DNA of 64,000 nucleotides. Origin: a virus. The stretch is taken from IMG/VR virus record IMGVR_UViG_3300032397_000001. One strand, written 5' to 3'. The position numbers and the translations under genes are program-made. Positions 1 through 9,773 of the stretch are shown here, one piece after another. The notes beneath the pieces were generated by a model. That model saw only the letters and a program-made list of their open reading frames with translations, did not search any database and was not told where the DNA came from. The stretch's first letter is position 1, and each line of letters starts with the position of its first letter.

Positions 1-1
1 A

Positions 2-3000
2 TTAGGTGTAGATCCTGCATTGCGTGCAATGGCTCAGGTTGGGGTTGAGTCTGCAAGACACATTGAGAAAATTTTCCGTACCTTGTTTATGGCTCAAATA
101 CGTACCACTTTTTATAATATGATGCGATCTCTAGGGGCTTCTACTCAAGAAGTTGGAGAAGTGTTGTATCAATTAGGATCTGCAGGATTAAACGTAAACA
201 CGTCGTTAGCGGCTGTGGTTCCAACTTTACGTATGATCATTGGGTCAGAGGCTGATACAACAGAGTCTACCAAATTGGTTGCTGGGGCTTACTATTTATA
301 TGGTGATTCACTTCAGGGTGCAATGACTGATACAGAGAAGTTTGCACGTATTACAGATATTTTGTCAGCATCGTTTCGTGATCACTTGGTGGAATTGAAT
401 GAAATGGTTACTGGTATGGGATATGTGATCACGACTGGAAAATTATCAGGGTTATCTTTTGAAGAACTGGCTGCTGCTTTGGGTGTTCTCAATGATAATA
501 TGTTGCGGGGATCGAAAGCAGGGCGTTCATTAAATCAGATGCTAGTTCATTTAGCTCAGCGCACTCAAGATGTTAAAATATCTTTAATGCAAGTTGCTCA
601 GCAGCACGGTGCTGGTGATGTTGTAGCTGAAGCTTTTAAAAAAATAGAACAAGAAGCTGCTACACAAGGGCGTCAAGTTCGGCCGTTTGATTATCTTATT
701 GAAGCTGGAAAAATTCTAGAACCTGTACTTGCAAAGGCAGGGCTCTCAACAGAAAATTTAGCTAATCAAGCTCAGATTATGGGAATTATTGGATCAAGAG
801 CGTATGCAGTTCTCTTATTAAAAGCTAGAGAATATGGGCAAGCTCTCTTCCAGTTGCAATATACATCTTTCGGTGCAGGCGAGCAAATGTCTGATGTAAT
901 GGTTACCGGCTTCGCTCGTGCTGTAAATAGGATTGAAGGCTTTGCTCGCTCAGGTATGGGACGTGTGTTTGGAATCTTTAAAGGTACTGTAGAAGGAATT
1001 GGAGGAAGTCTTGTTCGTCTGGAAGATACCACACGTGGTGTATTTGGTACATTTGGACTTGAGGTTAACAATGCGAAGAGTTTAATATCTAGCTTTTTGT
1101 TAATCTTGTCTGCACAAGCAGTTCTGAAGATTTGGGGAAAGAGTTTGCCTTTCTTTCCTAACATTAAGAAGACAATTGAAGACTTCAAAAATTGGAGAGC
1201 AACTACCCAGGAAACTTCAGCTGCTTTTATGAACTTTTCTAGAGCAGCTTTTACTTCAACTACTCCAATTGAAAAACTGGGTTTATTGACTAGACAATAC
1301 TTTGAGAAAGTTCCTGAGACTGGTCGACTGTCTTCTGCTCTACGGGGGGCTAACTTACAATTTGTTGCGCTTACAGGAAATGTTGGTGCATTGACAGAAC
1401 AGCAGCGTGTTGCTGTTCAAAGTGTAACTCAGTTTGGAAAAGTCTTAACTCAAGTGATGGCTGGTGCTCCAATTGGGCAAATGCGTTTATACTTGGATCA
1501 AGTCTCTCAAGTAAGTGCTGTACAACAAATCCTTACAACTAGGCCTTTCAAAATACAAATAGATACAGCTGAGGCAGTTGCGCGGTTGAGATCAGGCGAG
1601 CTTAGTATAGGATCTTTCAGGCAGAAGTTTTTTGAGTTACAGAAAGAGGCAGCAAAGGGGGGTATTAAGTTTCCTCAGTTTATGGGTGCAACTTTTCTTA
1701 CTTCAGGGGTAGAGGCTATACGTTCACTTAGTGGTACATATGCTCAGTTTGAAGATGTTATTCGTGGAGTGAGTAAGGGATCAATTGGAGATTTCACTAA
1801 GTTTCAACAGGTAGTGTCTGATCCTGCTGCTTGGAATCAATTTGTAACTACTGTAAAGACAGCAGCTCAAACTGGTGAAGAAAGTATGGTTCGACTGTCT
1901 GAGTCAATTGTTGGGATAAACGAAAAAGGAACTATTCCGGCAGCACGAGCGTTTGAAGCTCAAATGGCAAGATTTGGGGTTGCTGTACAAACAGAGGCAA
2001 TGAAATCAATGACATGGGGTCGATATCTTGGGGAAGTATTCAAAGTTGCATTTCCGGGGCTAGTGAATTTATGGAGTGGTATTAAAAACTTTGGTGCAAC
2101 CTCCCAAAGAGTTTTTTCGGCTTTTGTAGTACTTATAAGAAGCGCAACTAGTAGCATGAGAGGTTTGGAGACAGCATCTGCTCTTGCTACTATTCGAATA
2201 GCTGGTCTAGGAGCTGCTGCAAAGGCTTTCGCAGCTTTGAGGGCTGTCCTTGCAGCTGTGACTGGTAATCTTTTACAACTTGCTTTACAAATTGCGACAA
2301 CTCTTCTTTATGCATATGGATTTGATAAAGCATTAAATTGGTGGGAAAGACTCACCAGAGGAGTAGATAAATATGCTGAGGAGGTAGGTCAGGCGGGTGC
2401 AGAGTTTCAAAAGAGTGTTGCTTTTATGACTGCACCATTACCTCAAATGATTTCGTACTTTGAGAGAGTCGGTGAAACACTTGATGAGATGATGGCATCA
2501 GATCGAACCTTCTTTGTAAAAACTGATAGTATTGACAATGCGGTTGCTAAATTTAGTGAATTAAGTATGTTGGTTCAAAGCAGTACCATGTCAGAGATTA
2601 AGATTCTTGTAGATACTGGGAGACTTACGGAGGCAAATGTATTATTGCGGCAGTCAATACCTGAAATAGTAAAAGCGCGTGAGGAAGCTGCTAAAAGAGT
2701 TTTCATGAACTTTGGCAATTTTGGTAGAGACTTTAGTATTATGGTGATGTCAAGCAAACCTGCTATTAATAAAGCAATGAAAGAAATTAGTGAGTTAGTA
2801 TACAAAAGTTTATCAGATGCTGAACGTATGAAAATCGATCCGAACATGTTAAAAGTCAAAACTCTTAACATTTCGAAAATTCCTTTGGATAAACTAACAC
2901 CCGAAGTTATTCAGTGGCAAAAGGTGGGTATTAAGGCTGCTGAACAAATTGCAGAAGGCGCTGCTTCCGTATTTCAGACAGGTGCTCGAGTTTTGAGTTT

Positions 3001-6000
3001 GATGATGAGGATCGACCCTTCAAAGGTGGGCAAGGAGTTTGCATTAAAGTTTACTAGGGAAATACAAAAGACTGTACCTTTAATTGAGGGTTCCTTTCAA
3101 GAAATTTCCAGAGAAATGCAGCAAGGTGTTTTTGGAGATCCTCGGGTTATCGAAGAAAGCCTTGACAGAATAACAAAAGCTTTTGTACGTACTGCTTCAG
3201 GGAAAAAGTATATTGGTGACCTTACTAGAGCAATGAAGGATTTTAGAGAAGAAGTGTTTGAGACCAAAGGGATGACTCCTGAAAGGTTTGTTTTTACATA
3301 TCTTCCACTCTTAGCTAAAGAAAGTTCACAAGAGGTTCAACAACTTGCAAAAGATTTGGATGATCCTCTTGTAACTGATTTGCGAAAAGCTCTCTTGTTA
3401 GTCAATGCTTTTAATAAAGAGTTGGCTGTTTTTGTTGCAGAACAAACAAAAATTCAAGAAGGGGCCAGTATTGCATGGAATTTACAATCGGTTGCTGACC
3501 TAGTTGATGCTTTGCGTGATAAATTTGAGACACTACGTCAAAAGATTGAGCTTGTAGGTGCTGAACCTGTCGCTGATATGAAACAAAATATAGAATCTAG
3601 TTTCAAGGAAATTGAAGGAAAGATTAGAGGACATAAGAACCTCTCACTCAAGTTGGATGTGGGATTAGTAATGACTGATTGGGCTGTTGATTTTAATAAA
3701 GCATTTGAAGGGGCATTTACATATGCACCAGAATCTGTTTTGGGTAAATGGGAACGTGAGTTTTATAAAACGGCCGATCCTTTAAGAGAAGCATTCTCAA
3801 GTGCCTTTACTGAAATATCTTTTTGGGCTGAAGATGCCGGAAGAAGTATCGAACAAGGATTATCTATCCCGGGTTTTGATGCAATTGTAAAAGCATCTCA
3901 ATCGGGCTTAACTGTATTGGAAAGAGGCCAACGAGATTGGGTATTAGATCTTCGTCATAATTTTCATTCTGCAGAGTTATATCAGGAAGAATACATAAAA
4001 ACATTAAATTCACTTGCTAAATCGGGCCAGTTGACACTGTCTCAGGTTTCTACCGAAAGAATTCCTACTGTGGACTTAGGAGGTAAAGGAGGTGAAGGCG
4101 GTGGAGAGACTTCACGACTCGAAGAAACCAAGAAAGAGTTGCAAGCTAGTTTGAAGGAAGGACTTGACGAAGCTCAAAAGTTAGCAGAAGCTATTCAGAA
4201 GAATGTTCGTGGTGCCATTGATAGTACTATTAAACGTGTTGAAGCATTGCTTTCAGCTCTTTCTAAGGTAGTTGAAGTAAATATCAAAGTAGCTGAATCA
4301 GCTAGAAAAATGTCTTCAGGCTATAATCTCGCTAATAAGTTGTTGGAAACCACAATAGGGTATGCAGAGAAGTTATCTGAACAAACGAATTTGTGGGCGG
4401 TTCAACTTCAAAGATTACAAGTTGGTTTTGATGTAAGTCGAATCGCAAAACAGTTTGAAAGAGTTACTCAGGCATATCAGGGTAGTGGTCCTGAGTTGCA
4501 AATAGGTCCTGAAAAAGCAGCTGAGCGAATGGGTCAGATCATTGACGAATTGAATAAGTCTGTTGATCAATCAATGGGTAATCTTATCAATGCGGTTACT
4601 CGTGCATTTGATATAGCTGCAAAGGAAGATGAGAAATATATTGACAAACGATTGAAAAACAACCTAAAATGGTCTGATGAAATTTCAGCTTCTGATGACA
4701 CATATTATCAAAACCAGATTCAGGAGATTGATAAGTTAACTAGTGTTAGTGAAACGGAAAAGGAAAGACGCAAAGCTCAAATTCAGAGTGAGATTGAATG
4801 GTCAAAGAAAGTAGCAGATGTGAGGAAGGCTAAACTTGAAGCTGAAGCTGAACGATCTAAAGAATTAGATCAAGAGATACGGACAGGTGAACTTGTTCGG
4901 TTTATGAAAGAGATATTTGGAAAGAAGGGTGAACTTACACTTGATGAGCAAGGAATGGAAACAGCTCTTCAAAAGTTATCTATCAAAAGTCCTGAGTTGA
5001 TGTTTGCTCTAAAGAGTTATCAAGGAACACAGGAAGCAGCTAAAAATCAGTTAGAAGCAATAGCTACTTTTAATGAGTCAATCGAAAAAAATATTAGAAA
5101 TAATCTCAAACAAGCTGAGGATCAATTAAAGGAATTGAGTATTATAGATAAATCAGTGGAAAAATTCGCGATCGATGTAGGTAAACAGTTGCGTGAGATT
5201 GCATTTGCTCTTAAGAAAGGCAAGATAGGGAATGGTCCAGGTGAAGTCTTTGACTTAATGGACAAGTTGAAGGGTACTGTTTCTATACCTAATATTGCAG
5301 AGACATCTAGTGGTACATATAAGCTAGCGTCAGAAGAAACCTCAGCACGTGCCCTTGATATAAATATGGTTAAGGAGTCTGTGCTAGCCTTTGATCAATC
5401 ACTTGATCAAGTATCAAAATCCCTTTCAGAGGGAGGGTTTGAACAGCTCCAACAAAATCTTCAAGCGCTTTCCGGAGGAATGAATAACTTTCTCCAGCGA
5501 ATGATAGAGGGACAAAGTCCTGAACAATTGAGGCAAGCAGCCGTATCTGTGAGGCAAGCAGCCGTATCTGTTTCAGAAACTCTTGAATCAGCTCAAACAA
5601 AATTATCCGGAGCAGCCGCAAATAATGTTAATATGCTTGAAGAGGTGGTACGTGCAACCAGAAGTCTAGGTACTTTACCCTATATTGCAGAGACATCTAA
5701 GCCAGCGCCAAAAGAGACTACATTGCGTGCCTTTGGTATGACTTATGGGAAAGTTACGTTTGATTTGAATTCAGTGGGTGAAAAGATTCAAAATGGAGCA
5801 GCCACAATACAGCAGGGTGCACAGGTAACAGGTCAAGCTTTAGTAGACGCAGGCCAAGAAATTGAACGAAGTGGGGTGGCCGCAGCACAAAGAATAGCTG
5901 GTGTTGAGATTTCAACTCCAATAAACCAAATGAAAACTTCTCTGACATCTTATAGTAGGGGCTTCACAAATGTTATGTCATCAATGAAAGACAAGCTTCA

Positions 6001-6907
6001 GGTGTTCACAGAGTTTAGAATGCCTGATCAAGATCCTGCAGCTCTTACACGTATATTCGGGGATTTAGTTTCTAGTTTTGGCGGATACTCTGAAAGTCTA
6101 AGGAGAATTACACTTCCTGAAGGAATTCCTGAATTTGGTATGGTTAAGGAGTCTGTGCTAGCCTTTGATCAATCACTTGATCAAGTATCAAAATCCTTGG
6201 GAGAGTCACAAATCAGTTCTAAAGGGTTTGAACAGCTCCAACAAAATCTTCAAGCGCTTTCCGGAGGAATGAATAACTTTCTCCAGCGAATGATAGAGGG
6301 ACAAAGTCCTGAACAATTGAGGCAAGCAGCCGTATCTGTTTCAAAAACTCTTGAATCAGCTCAAACAAAATTATCCGGATTATCCGGAGCAGCCGCAATA
6401 CAGCAGGGTGCTCCTGCAATTGCTGCTGCAACGGATTTGGTGAATATAAGTTTTAATACAGTTGCTGATAATGCTAAAAATCTTGCTAATATACTTGAAG
6501 AGGTGGTACGTGAGATTGGAAGTCGAGGTTCTATACCTATACCTACAAGTGGAGTAGTCACTAAGCAGTTTGGTGGTCCCATTCCGGGTTTTGGTGGGGG
6601 TGATAAACATCATGTATTAGCTGAGGGTGGAGAATTTGTTATTCGTAAGGAGATGGTCAGACGATACGGCCAGGATTTGTTCAACGCATATAATGAAGGA
6701 AAGATTAAAGCAGATGAACTTGCAGCATGGATGGGGATATCTGCAATTAAGTCTGCAGTACAAAAACAAAAGATTCTTGAATCGCCTGTGAAAAGATTCT
6801 CACTTGATATTGTAGGTACTCCATTCAAGGGTTTGGCAACAGAAGATATGTTAACTCAACTTGAGAAGGGTCTCAAGAGAAAACGTATGGTGGGCCAAAA
6901 TAAATAA
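2..6907 (+). CDS. Phage tail tape measure protein (TP901-like), 5'-truncated by window edge
   Basis: >2295 aa helical A/E/K/Q-rich ORF, open from position 2. N-terminal TMP core (GLSFEELAAALGVLNDNMLRGSKAGRSL) and C-terminal motif FGGPIPGFGGGD...GGEFVIRKE typical of TMPs; lies upstream of tail genes. Confidence 0.9.
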   Translation, partial: LGVDPALRAMAQVGVESARHIEKIFRTLFMAQIRTTFYNMMRSLGASTQEVGEVLYQLGSAGLNVNTSLAAVVPTLRMIIGSEADTTESTKLVAGAYYLYGDSLQGAMTDTEKFARITDILSASFRDHLVELNEMVTGMGYVITTGKLSGLSFEELAAALGVLNDNMLRGSKAGRSLNQMLVHLAQRTQDVKISLMQVAQQHGAGDVVAEAFKKIEQEAATQGRQVRPFDYLIEAGKILEPVLAKAGLSTENLANQAQIMGIIGSRAYAVLLLKAREYGQALFQLQYTSFGAGEQMSDVMVTGFARAVNRIEGFARSGMGRVFGIFKGTVEGIGGSLVRLEDTTRGVFGTFGLEVNNAKSLISSFLLILSAQAVLKIWGKSLPFFPNIKKTIEDFKNWRATTQETSAAFMNFSRAAFTSTTPIEKLGLLTRQYFEKVPETGRLSSALRGANLQFVALTGNVGALTEQQRVAVQSVTQFGKVLTQVMAGAPIGQMRLYLDQVSQVSAVQQILTTRPFKIQIDTAEAVARLRSGELSIGSFRQKFFELQKEAAKGGIKFPQFMGATFLTSGVEAIRSLSGTYAQFEDVIRGVSKGSIGDFTKFQQVVSDPAAWNQFVTTVKTAAQTGEESMVRLSESIVGINEKGTIPAARAFEAQMARFGVAVQTEAMKSMTWGRYLGEVFKVAFPGLVNLWSGIKNFGATSQRVFSAFVVLIRSATSSMRGLETASALATIRIAGLGAAAKAFAALRAVLAAVTGNLLQLALQIATTLLYAYGFDKALNWWERLTRGVDKYAEEVGQAGAEFQKSVAFMTAPLPQMISYFERVGETLDEMMASDRTFFVKTDSIDNAVAKFSELSMLVQSSTMSEIKILVDTGRLTEANVLLRQSIPEIVKAREEAAKRVFMNFGNFGRDFSIMVMSSKPAINKAMKEISELVYKSLSDAERMKIDPNMLKVKTLNISKIPLDKLTPEVIQWQKVGIKAAEQIAEGAASVFQTGARVLSLMMRIDPSKVGKEFALKFTREIQKTVPLIEGSFQEISREMQQGVFGDPRVIEESLDRITKAFVRTASGKKYIGDLTRAMKDFREEVFETKGMTPERFVFTYLPLLAKESSQEVQQLAKDLDDPLVTDLRKALLLVNAFNKELAVFVAEQTKIQEGASIAWNLQSVADLVDALRDKFETLRQKIELVGAEPVADMKQNIESSFKEIEGKIRGHKNLSLKLDVGLVMTDWAVDFNKAFEGAFTYAPESVLGKWEREFYKTADPLREAFSSAFTEISFWAEDAGRSIEQGLSIPGFDAIVKASQSGLTVLERGQRDWVLDLRHNFHSAELYQEEYIKTLNSLAKSGQLTLSQVSTERIPTVDLGGKGGEGGGETSRLEETKKELQASLKEGLDEAQKLAEAIQKNVRGAIDSTIKRVEALLSALSKVVEVNIKVAESARKMSSGYNLANKLLETTIGYAEKLSEQTNLWAVQLQRLQVGFDVSRIAKQFERVTQAYQGSGPELQIGPEKAAERMGQIIDELNKSVDQSMGNLINAVTRAFDIAAKEDEKYIDKRLKNNLKWSDEISASDDTYYQNQIQEIDKLTSVSETEKERRKAQIQSEIEWSKKVADVRKAKLEAEAERSKELDQEIRTGELVRFMKEIFGKKGELTLDEQGMETALQKLSIKSPELMFALKSYQGTQEAAKNQLEAIATFNESIEKNIRNNLKQAEDQLKELSIIDKSVEKFAIDVGKQLREIAFALKKGKIGNGPGEVFDLMDKLKGTVSIPNIAETSSGTYKLASEETSARALDINMVKESVLAFDQSLDQVSKSLSEGGFEQLQQNLQALSGGMNNFLQRMIEGQSPEQLRQAAVSVRQAAVSVSETLESAQTKLSGAAANNVNMLEEVVRATRSLGTLPYIAETSKPAPKETTLRAFGMTYGKVTFDLNSVGEKIQNGAATIQQGAQVTGQALVDAGQEIERSGVAAAQRIAGVEISTPINQMKTSLTSYSRGFTNVMSSMKDKLQVFTEFRMPDQDPAALTRIFGDLVSSFGGYSESLRRITLPEGIPEFGMVKESVLAFDQSLDQVSKSLGESQISSKGFEQLQQNLQALSGGMNNFLQRMIEGQSPEQLRQAAVSVSKTLESAQTKLSGLSGAAAIQQGAPAIAAATDLVNISFNTVADNAKNLANILEEVVREIGSRGSIPIPTSGVVTKQFGGPIPGFGGGDKHHVLAEGGEFVIRKEMVRRYGQDLFNAYNEGKIKADELAAWMGISAIKSAVQKQKILESPVKRFSLDIVGTPFKGLATEDMLTQLEKGLKRKRMVGQNK
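5365..6400 (+). repeat. ~250-bp near-identical internal duplication in the TMP gene (5365-~5620 and 6139-~6400)
   Basis: tatggttaaggagtctgtgctagcc...caaacaaaattatccgga occurs twice; peptide MVKESVLAFDQSLDQVSKSL...QLRQAAVSV repeated. Confidence 0.95.
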
Positions 6908-7344
6908 TGGAATATCAATTGACTGTAATGGATCCTAGTTTAATCATCGATCTCCCAGGAGATATGGTTTTTGAGAATGAGTTTGACTGGTCTGATATAA
7001 AAGGGTCTAATGATCGAACTCTTGGTGGTACTCTTATCATTTGGACCAATACAGTATTTAAGGGAAGACCGATTGATTTAGTAGCAACAGATAATCGAGG
7101 ATGGATTTCACGTAGTACTATAGAGAAGCTTTATACTGCTGTTCAAGCAATGTCAACTATGGAGTTAAAACTTACTTTCACAAGAAGGTTGAAAAGTACA
7201 GGAGAACCAGAAACAGTAACTTATAATGTAATGTGGCGGTATAATGAACCACCTGTTATGGAAGTAAGGCCTTTGATTGCTTCCAGAGTTGAATTAGTAG
7301 ATGGTGATTATTATACTGGAACACTAAAGTTTGTGGAGGTCTAA
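6907..7344 (+). CDS. Putative distal tail / tail protein
   Basis: 145 aa, translationally coupled to the TMP; motif ENEFDWS...RTLGGTLII...GRPIDL resembles post-TMP tail proteins. Confidence 0.6.
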   Translation: MEYQLTVMDPSLIIDLPGDMVFENEFDWSDIKGSNDRTLGGTLIIWTNTVFKGRPIDLVATDNRGWISRSTIEKLYTAVQAMSTMELKLTFTRRLKSTGEPETVTYNVMWRYNEPPVMEVRPLIASRVELVDGDYYTGTLKFVEV

Positions 7345-7347
7345 GAG

Positions 7348-7518
7348 ATGCCAGAGCAAACATTAGTCATTTATGATAACATATTGAAGGCTGAAATCAC
7401 TTTGTTCTTTGAGGGAGAGAAGAAGGAGAAGGTAACCACTATTGAAATAATGTATGGGGAGCCTCAGGATCTCTCAGGATTTTTTAACTTCACCGGTTTA
7501 ATGAGAGAGGTGAAGTGA
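7348..7518 (+). CDS. Small hypothetical protein (56 aa), apparent paralog of the next gene
   Basis: Not in ORF track. MPEQTLVIYDNILKAEITLFF...KVTTIEIMYGEPQDLSGFFN, RBS ggagg upstream, TGATG overlap with next gene. Confidence 0.6.
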   Translation: MPEQTLVIYDNILKAEITLFFEGEKKEKVTTIEIMYGEPQDLSGFFNFTGLMREVK

Positions 7519-7817
7519 TGGAAAATATAAGAATGATAGAATTGAGAGATGACAAATCAAAGAGTACTATCAGTTTGATGGTCAATCTTAATGATAAGGT
7601 GATTGGTGTAAGAATTCAATTTGATGAGCCACGGAGTATTACTGACTTCCTCAATAAGCGGAGATTGGCTCAGGGAGTTCTGGGTTCAGGAGTTATATCA
7701 GGATCTAGCGCACAACCTCGTGTAGCTATAAAGACACCGCTGGGAATGAGACCTATTGGAGGACGTAGAGTGTTAGCGAGTCCTCCTCAATCAAGGCCTT
7801 GCAAAAATTGTCCATAA
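7518..7817 (+). CDS. Hypothetical protein with C-terminal CxxC
   Basis: ORF track (7515 GTG / 7518 ATG); RBS gaggtg. Confidence 0.6.
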   Translation: MENIRMIELRDDKSKSTISLMVNLNDKVIGVRIQFDEPRSITDFLNKRRLAQGVLGSGVISGSSAQPRVAIKTPLGMRPIGGRRVLASPPQSRPCKNCP

Positions 7818-7832
7818 AGGGAGGGCTGTATT

Positions 7833-9254
7833 ATGGCAGTTGAAAGATCAGACATACGATTCGTAAAGAGTGCAACCGTGACAGATACCACCAGCAATGG
7901 TGGGAAGATGAGTTATAATTATATTCAGAATCGAGTAAAGTATAATTTATTCCCACGTGTCACAAGGCCTGAACGTGTAGCAGGAATTATCAGATATCGC
8001 AAGGAGTATATCTGGAACCGAGAGGCGTCAGGTGAAACAGCCTTCGGTTTACTTACGTATATCATTTTGCCTAGCTTGGCTGATGATCTCTTCCGTATTG
8101 CGGAAGCAACTCAAGATGATACACAAGGTGATATCGATGACGATTATGATTGGTATGGAGCTGGTAATTTGAATGCTGGCGCTTCAGCAGGAGCAAGTTC
8201 CATAAATGTCAACTTTGAGGATGACGACATCGCTCTCAAGAATGGTGTTTTGCTTGCGATCAATAGTCATTTCTTGATGAGTGAAAATATTGATTCTGCT
8301 GTCAAACCTTTCAGTCAGGTGTATTGGAATGGCTCGAAATGGATTGCGCAGAATGCGCCTACAGAAGATGCTGAAGATGTTTATCCTTATGGGACTTGTA
8401 TTCAGGTTCTCGGTGGTGGAAAGGGCAACATCTTCTCATATAACTCTGCTGGAAACCTTGAGTATCATCGTATAGATGATCCTACATACACTGAAAATAT
8501 GACTCCTGCTCCTACAGGAGGAGTAGTTGCATACACATTGGTTGCAGCGAACACTCCAGTTTTGGAAGAATCCGTTTCAGTAGAATATTGCTTCTCGAGT
8601 GTTATGCATACAGCTACTGATGATGGAGAAGGGCATATCACAGGAAGTCATATTGTTTCGGGTGCTGTAGTGTATTCTACAGGAAACATGAATATCACTT
8701 TTTCTACGAATCCTGATCCTAGTACACAGATCGCGGTGACCTATCATGAGAATATCGTTTCATGGGCAGGTACAGTTGCGACTGTGCAACTCGAAGATAC
8801 CCTACTTAACAACTTTCTTTCTGCGAACACTAAAGTAGGCATGTGCCTCGAATTGGGAGACTTGGCTCCAATTGTCGAACTTATTTCAGAGGCTTTTGGT
8901 GATCCTTCAGGAGACTTTGATGAGTCTTTGGTTACTGGAACTAACAAAGGTTCCATTGAAGAGACCTGGACCCTTCAGTTCACTTCTGTGAATGCGTTCA
9001 CTGTAACCGGGGCTGGAGTAGGTGTCATTGGATCTGGGTCTAAGACGGTTACATATTCTCCTCTTAACTCGGGTCAGGGAGCTGCTTACTTCTCGATTCC
9101 TGCGACAGCATGGAGTGGAACCACACAGGCAGGTGATACTGTAATATTCAAGACATATCCTGCAGCTGCTCCCATTTGGTGGAAGGAAATAGTTCCATCA
9201 AGTACAAATGCGTTTAGCAACAATGTTGTTATGCTTGAAATTTACGTTGAGTAA
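7833..9254 (+). CDS. Putative tail/baseplate structural protein
   Basis: 473 aa, beta-rich and S/T/G-rich; N-terminus SDIRFVKSATVTDTTSNGGKMS; position in tail module. Confidence 0.6.
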   Translation: MAVERSDIRFVKSATVTDTTSNGGKMSYNYIQNRVKYNLFPRVTRPERVAGIIRYRKEYIWNREASGETAFGLLTYIILPSLADDLFRIAEATQDDTQGDIDDDYDWYGAGNLNAGASAGASSINVNFEDDDIALKNGVLLAINSHFLMSENIDSAVKPFSQVYWNGSKWIAQNAPTEDAEDVYPYGTCIQVLGGGKGNIFSYNSAGNLEYHRIDDPTYTENMTPAPTGGVVAYTLVAANTPVLEESVSVEYCFSSVMHTATDDGEGHITGSHIVSGAVVYSTGNMNITFSTNPDPSTQIAVTYHENIVSWAGTVATVQLEDTLLNNFLSANTKVGMCLELGDLAPIVELISEAFGDPSGDFDESLVTGTNKGSIEETWTLQFTSVNAFTVTGAGVGVIGSGSKTVTYSPLNSGQGAAYFSIPATAWSGTTQAGDTVIFKTYPAAAPIWWKEIVPSSTNAFSNNVVMLEIYVE

Positions 9255-9269
9255 CTATGAGTAATTATC

Positions 9270-9770
9270 ATGTCATTATGTCTATTATTCACGAGGGGTA
9301 ATCCAGGTTGGGTTACCCCTGCTATACCGGAGGGTCTTATGGAAGTTAATATTCGTGACGCACAAACTAGGCTGCCTGTTCCTGTTGCGGGCATTGAGTC
9401 TGAGAATGGTAAATTTCTCCAATCAGCTGTGATGACTTACAGTCCACTTGAGTATACTGTAGTAGCAGACGCTGTATCATCTGAAGAATGGTATTCGCTC
9501 GCAGTTAATGTAGAACGCAAGTCAATAGTTATAATGAGGTGTTCATTTTCAGATAGTGGAGCGAATGCTGTAATCCGATTTGTCCTTTATGATCAGCCTG
9601 GGTTAGCTTTGCCATCTGCTACGTTTACAGTGACTGCCTCAGACTTGCAACAGGATGGAAGATATCTAGCGCCTATGCAAACGTTCAATGCATATGGTGC
9701 GGTTCAGGTTAAGATTTACATTGACTCAATTTCGGCGGGTGATGTGACCATTCACTTAGCTGCGGTGTAA
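9270..9770 (+). CDS. Putative structural protein
   Basis: 166 aa beta-rich ORF in tail operon. Confidence 0.45.
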   Translation: MSLCLLFTRGNPGWVTPAIPEGLMEVNIRDAQTRLPVPVAGIESENGKFLQSAVMTYSPLEYTVVADAVSSEEWYSLAVNVERKSIVIMRCSFSDSGANAVIRFVLYDQPGLALPSATFTVTASDLQQDGRYLAPMQTFNAYGAVQVKIYIDSISAGDVTIHLAAV

Positions 9771-9773
9771 GGA

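Noticed and set aside
5365-6400. DGR template/variable repeat pair
   Set aside because: Differences are mainly indels rather than adenine-specific substitutions, both copies lie inside one gene, and no reverse transcriptase is seen.
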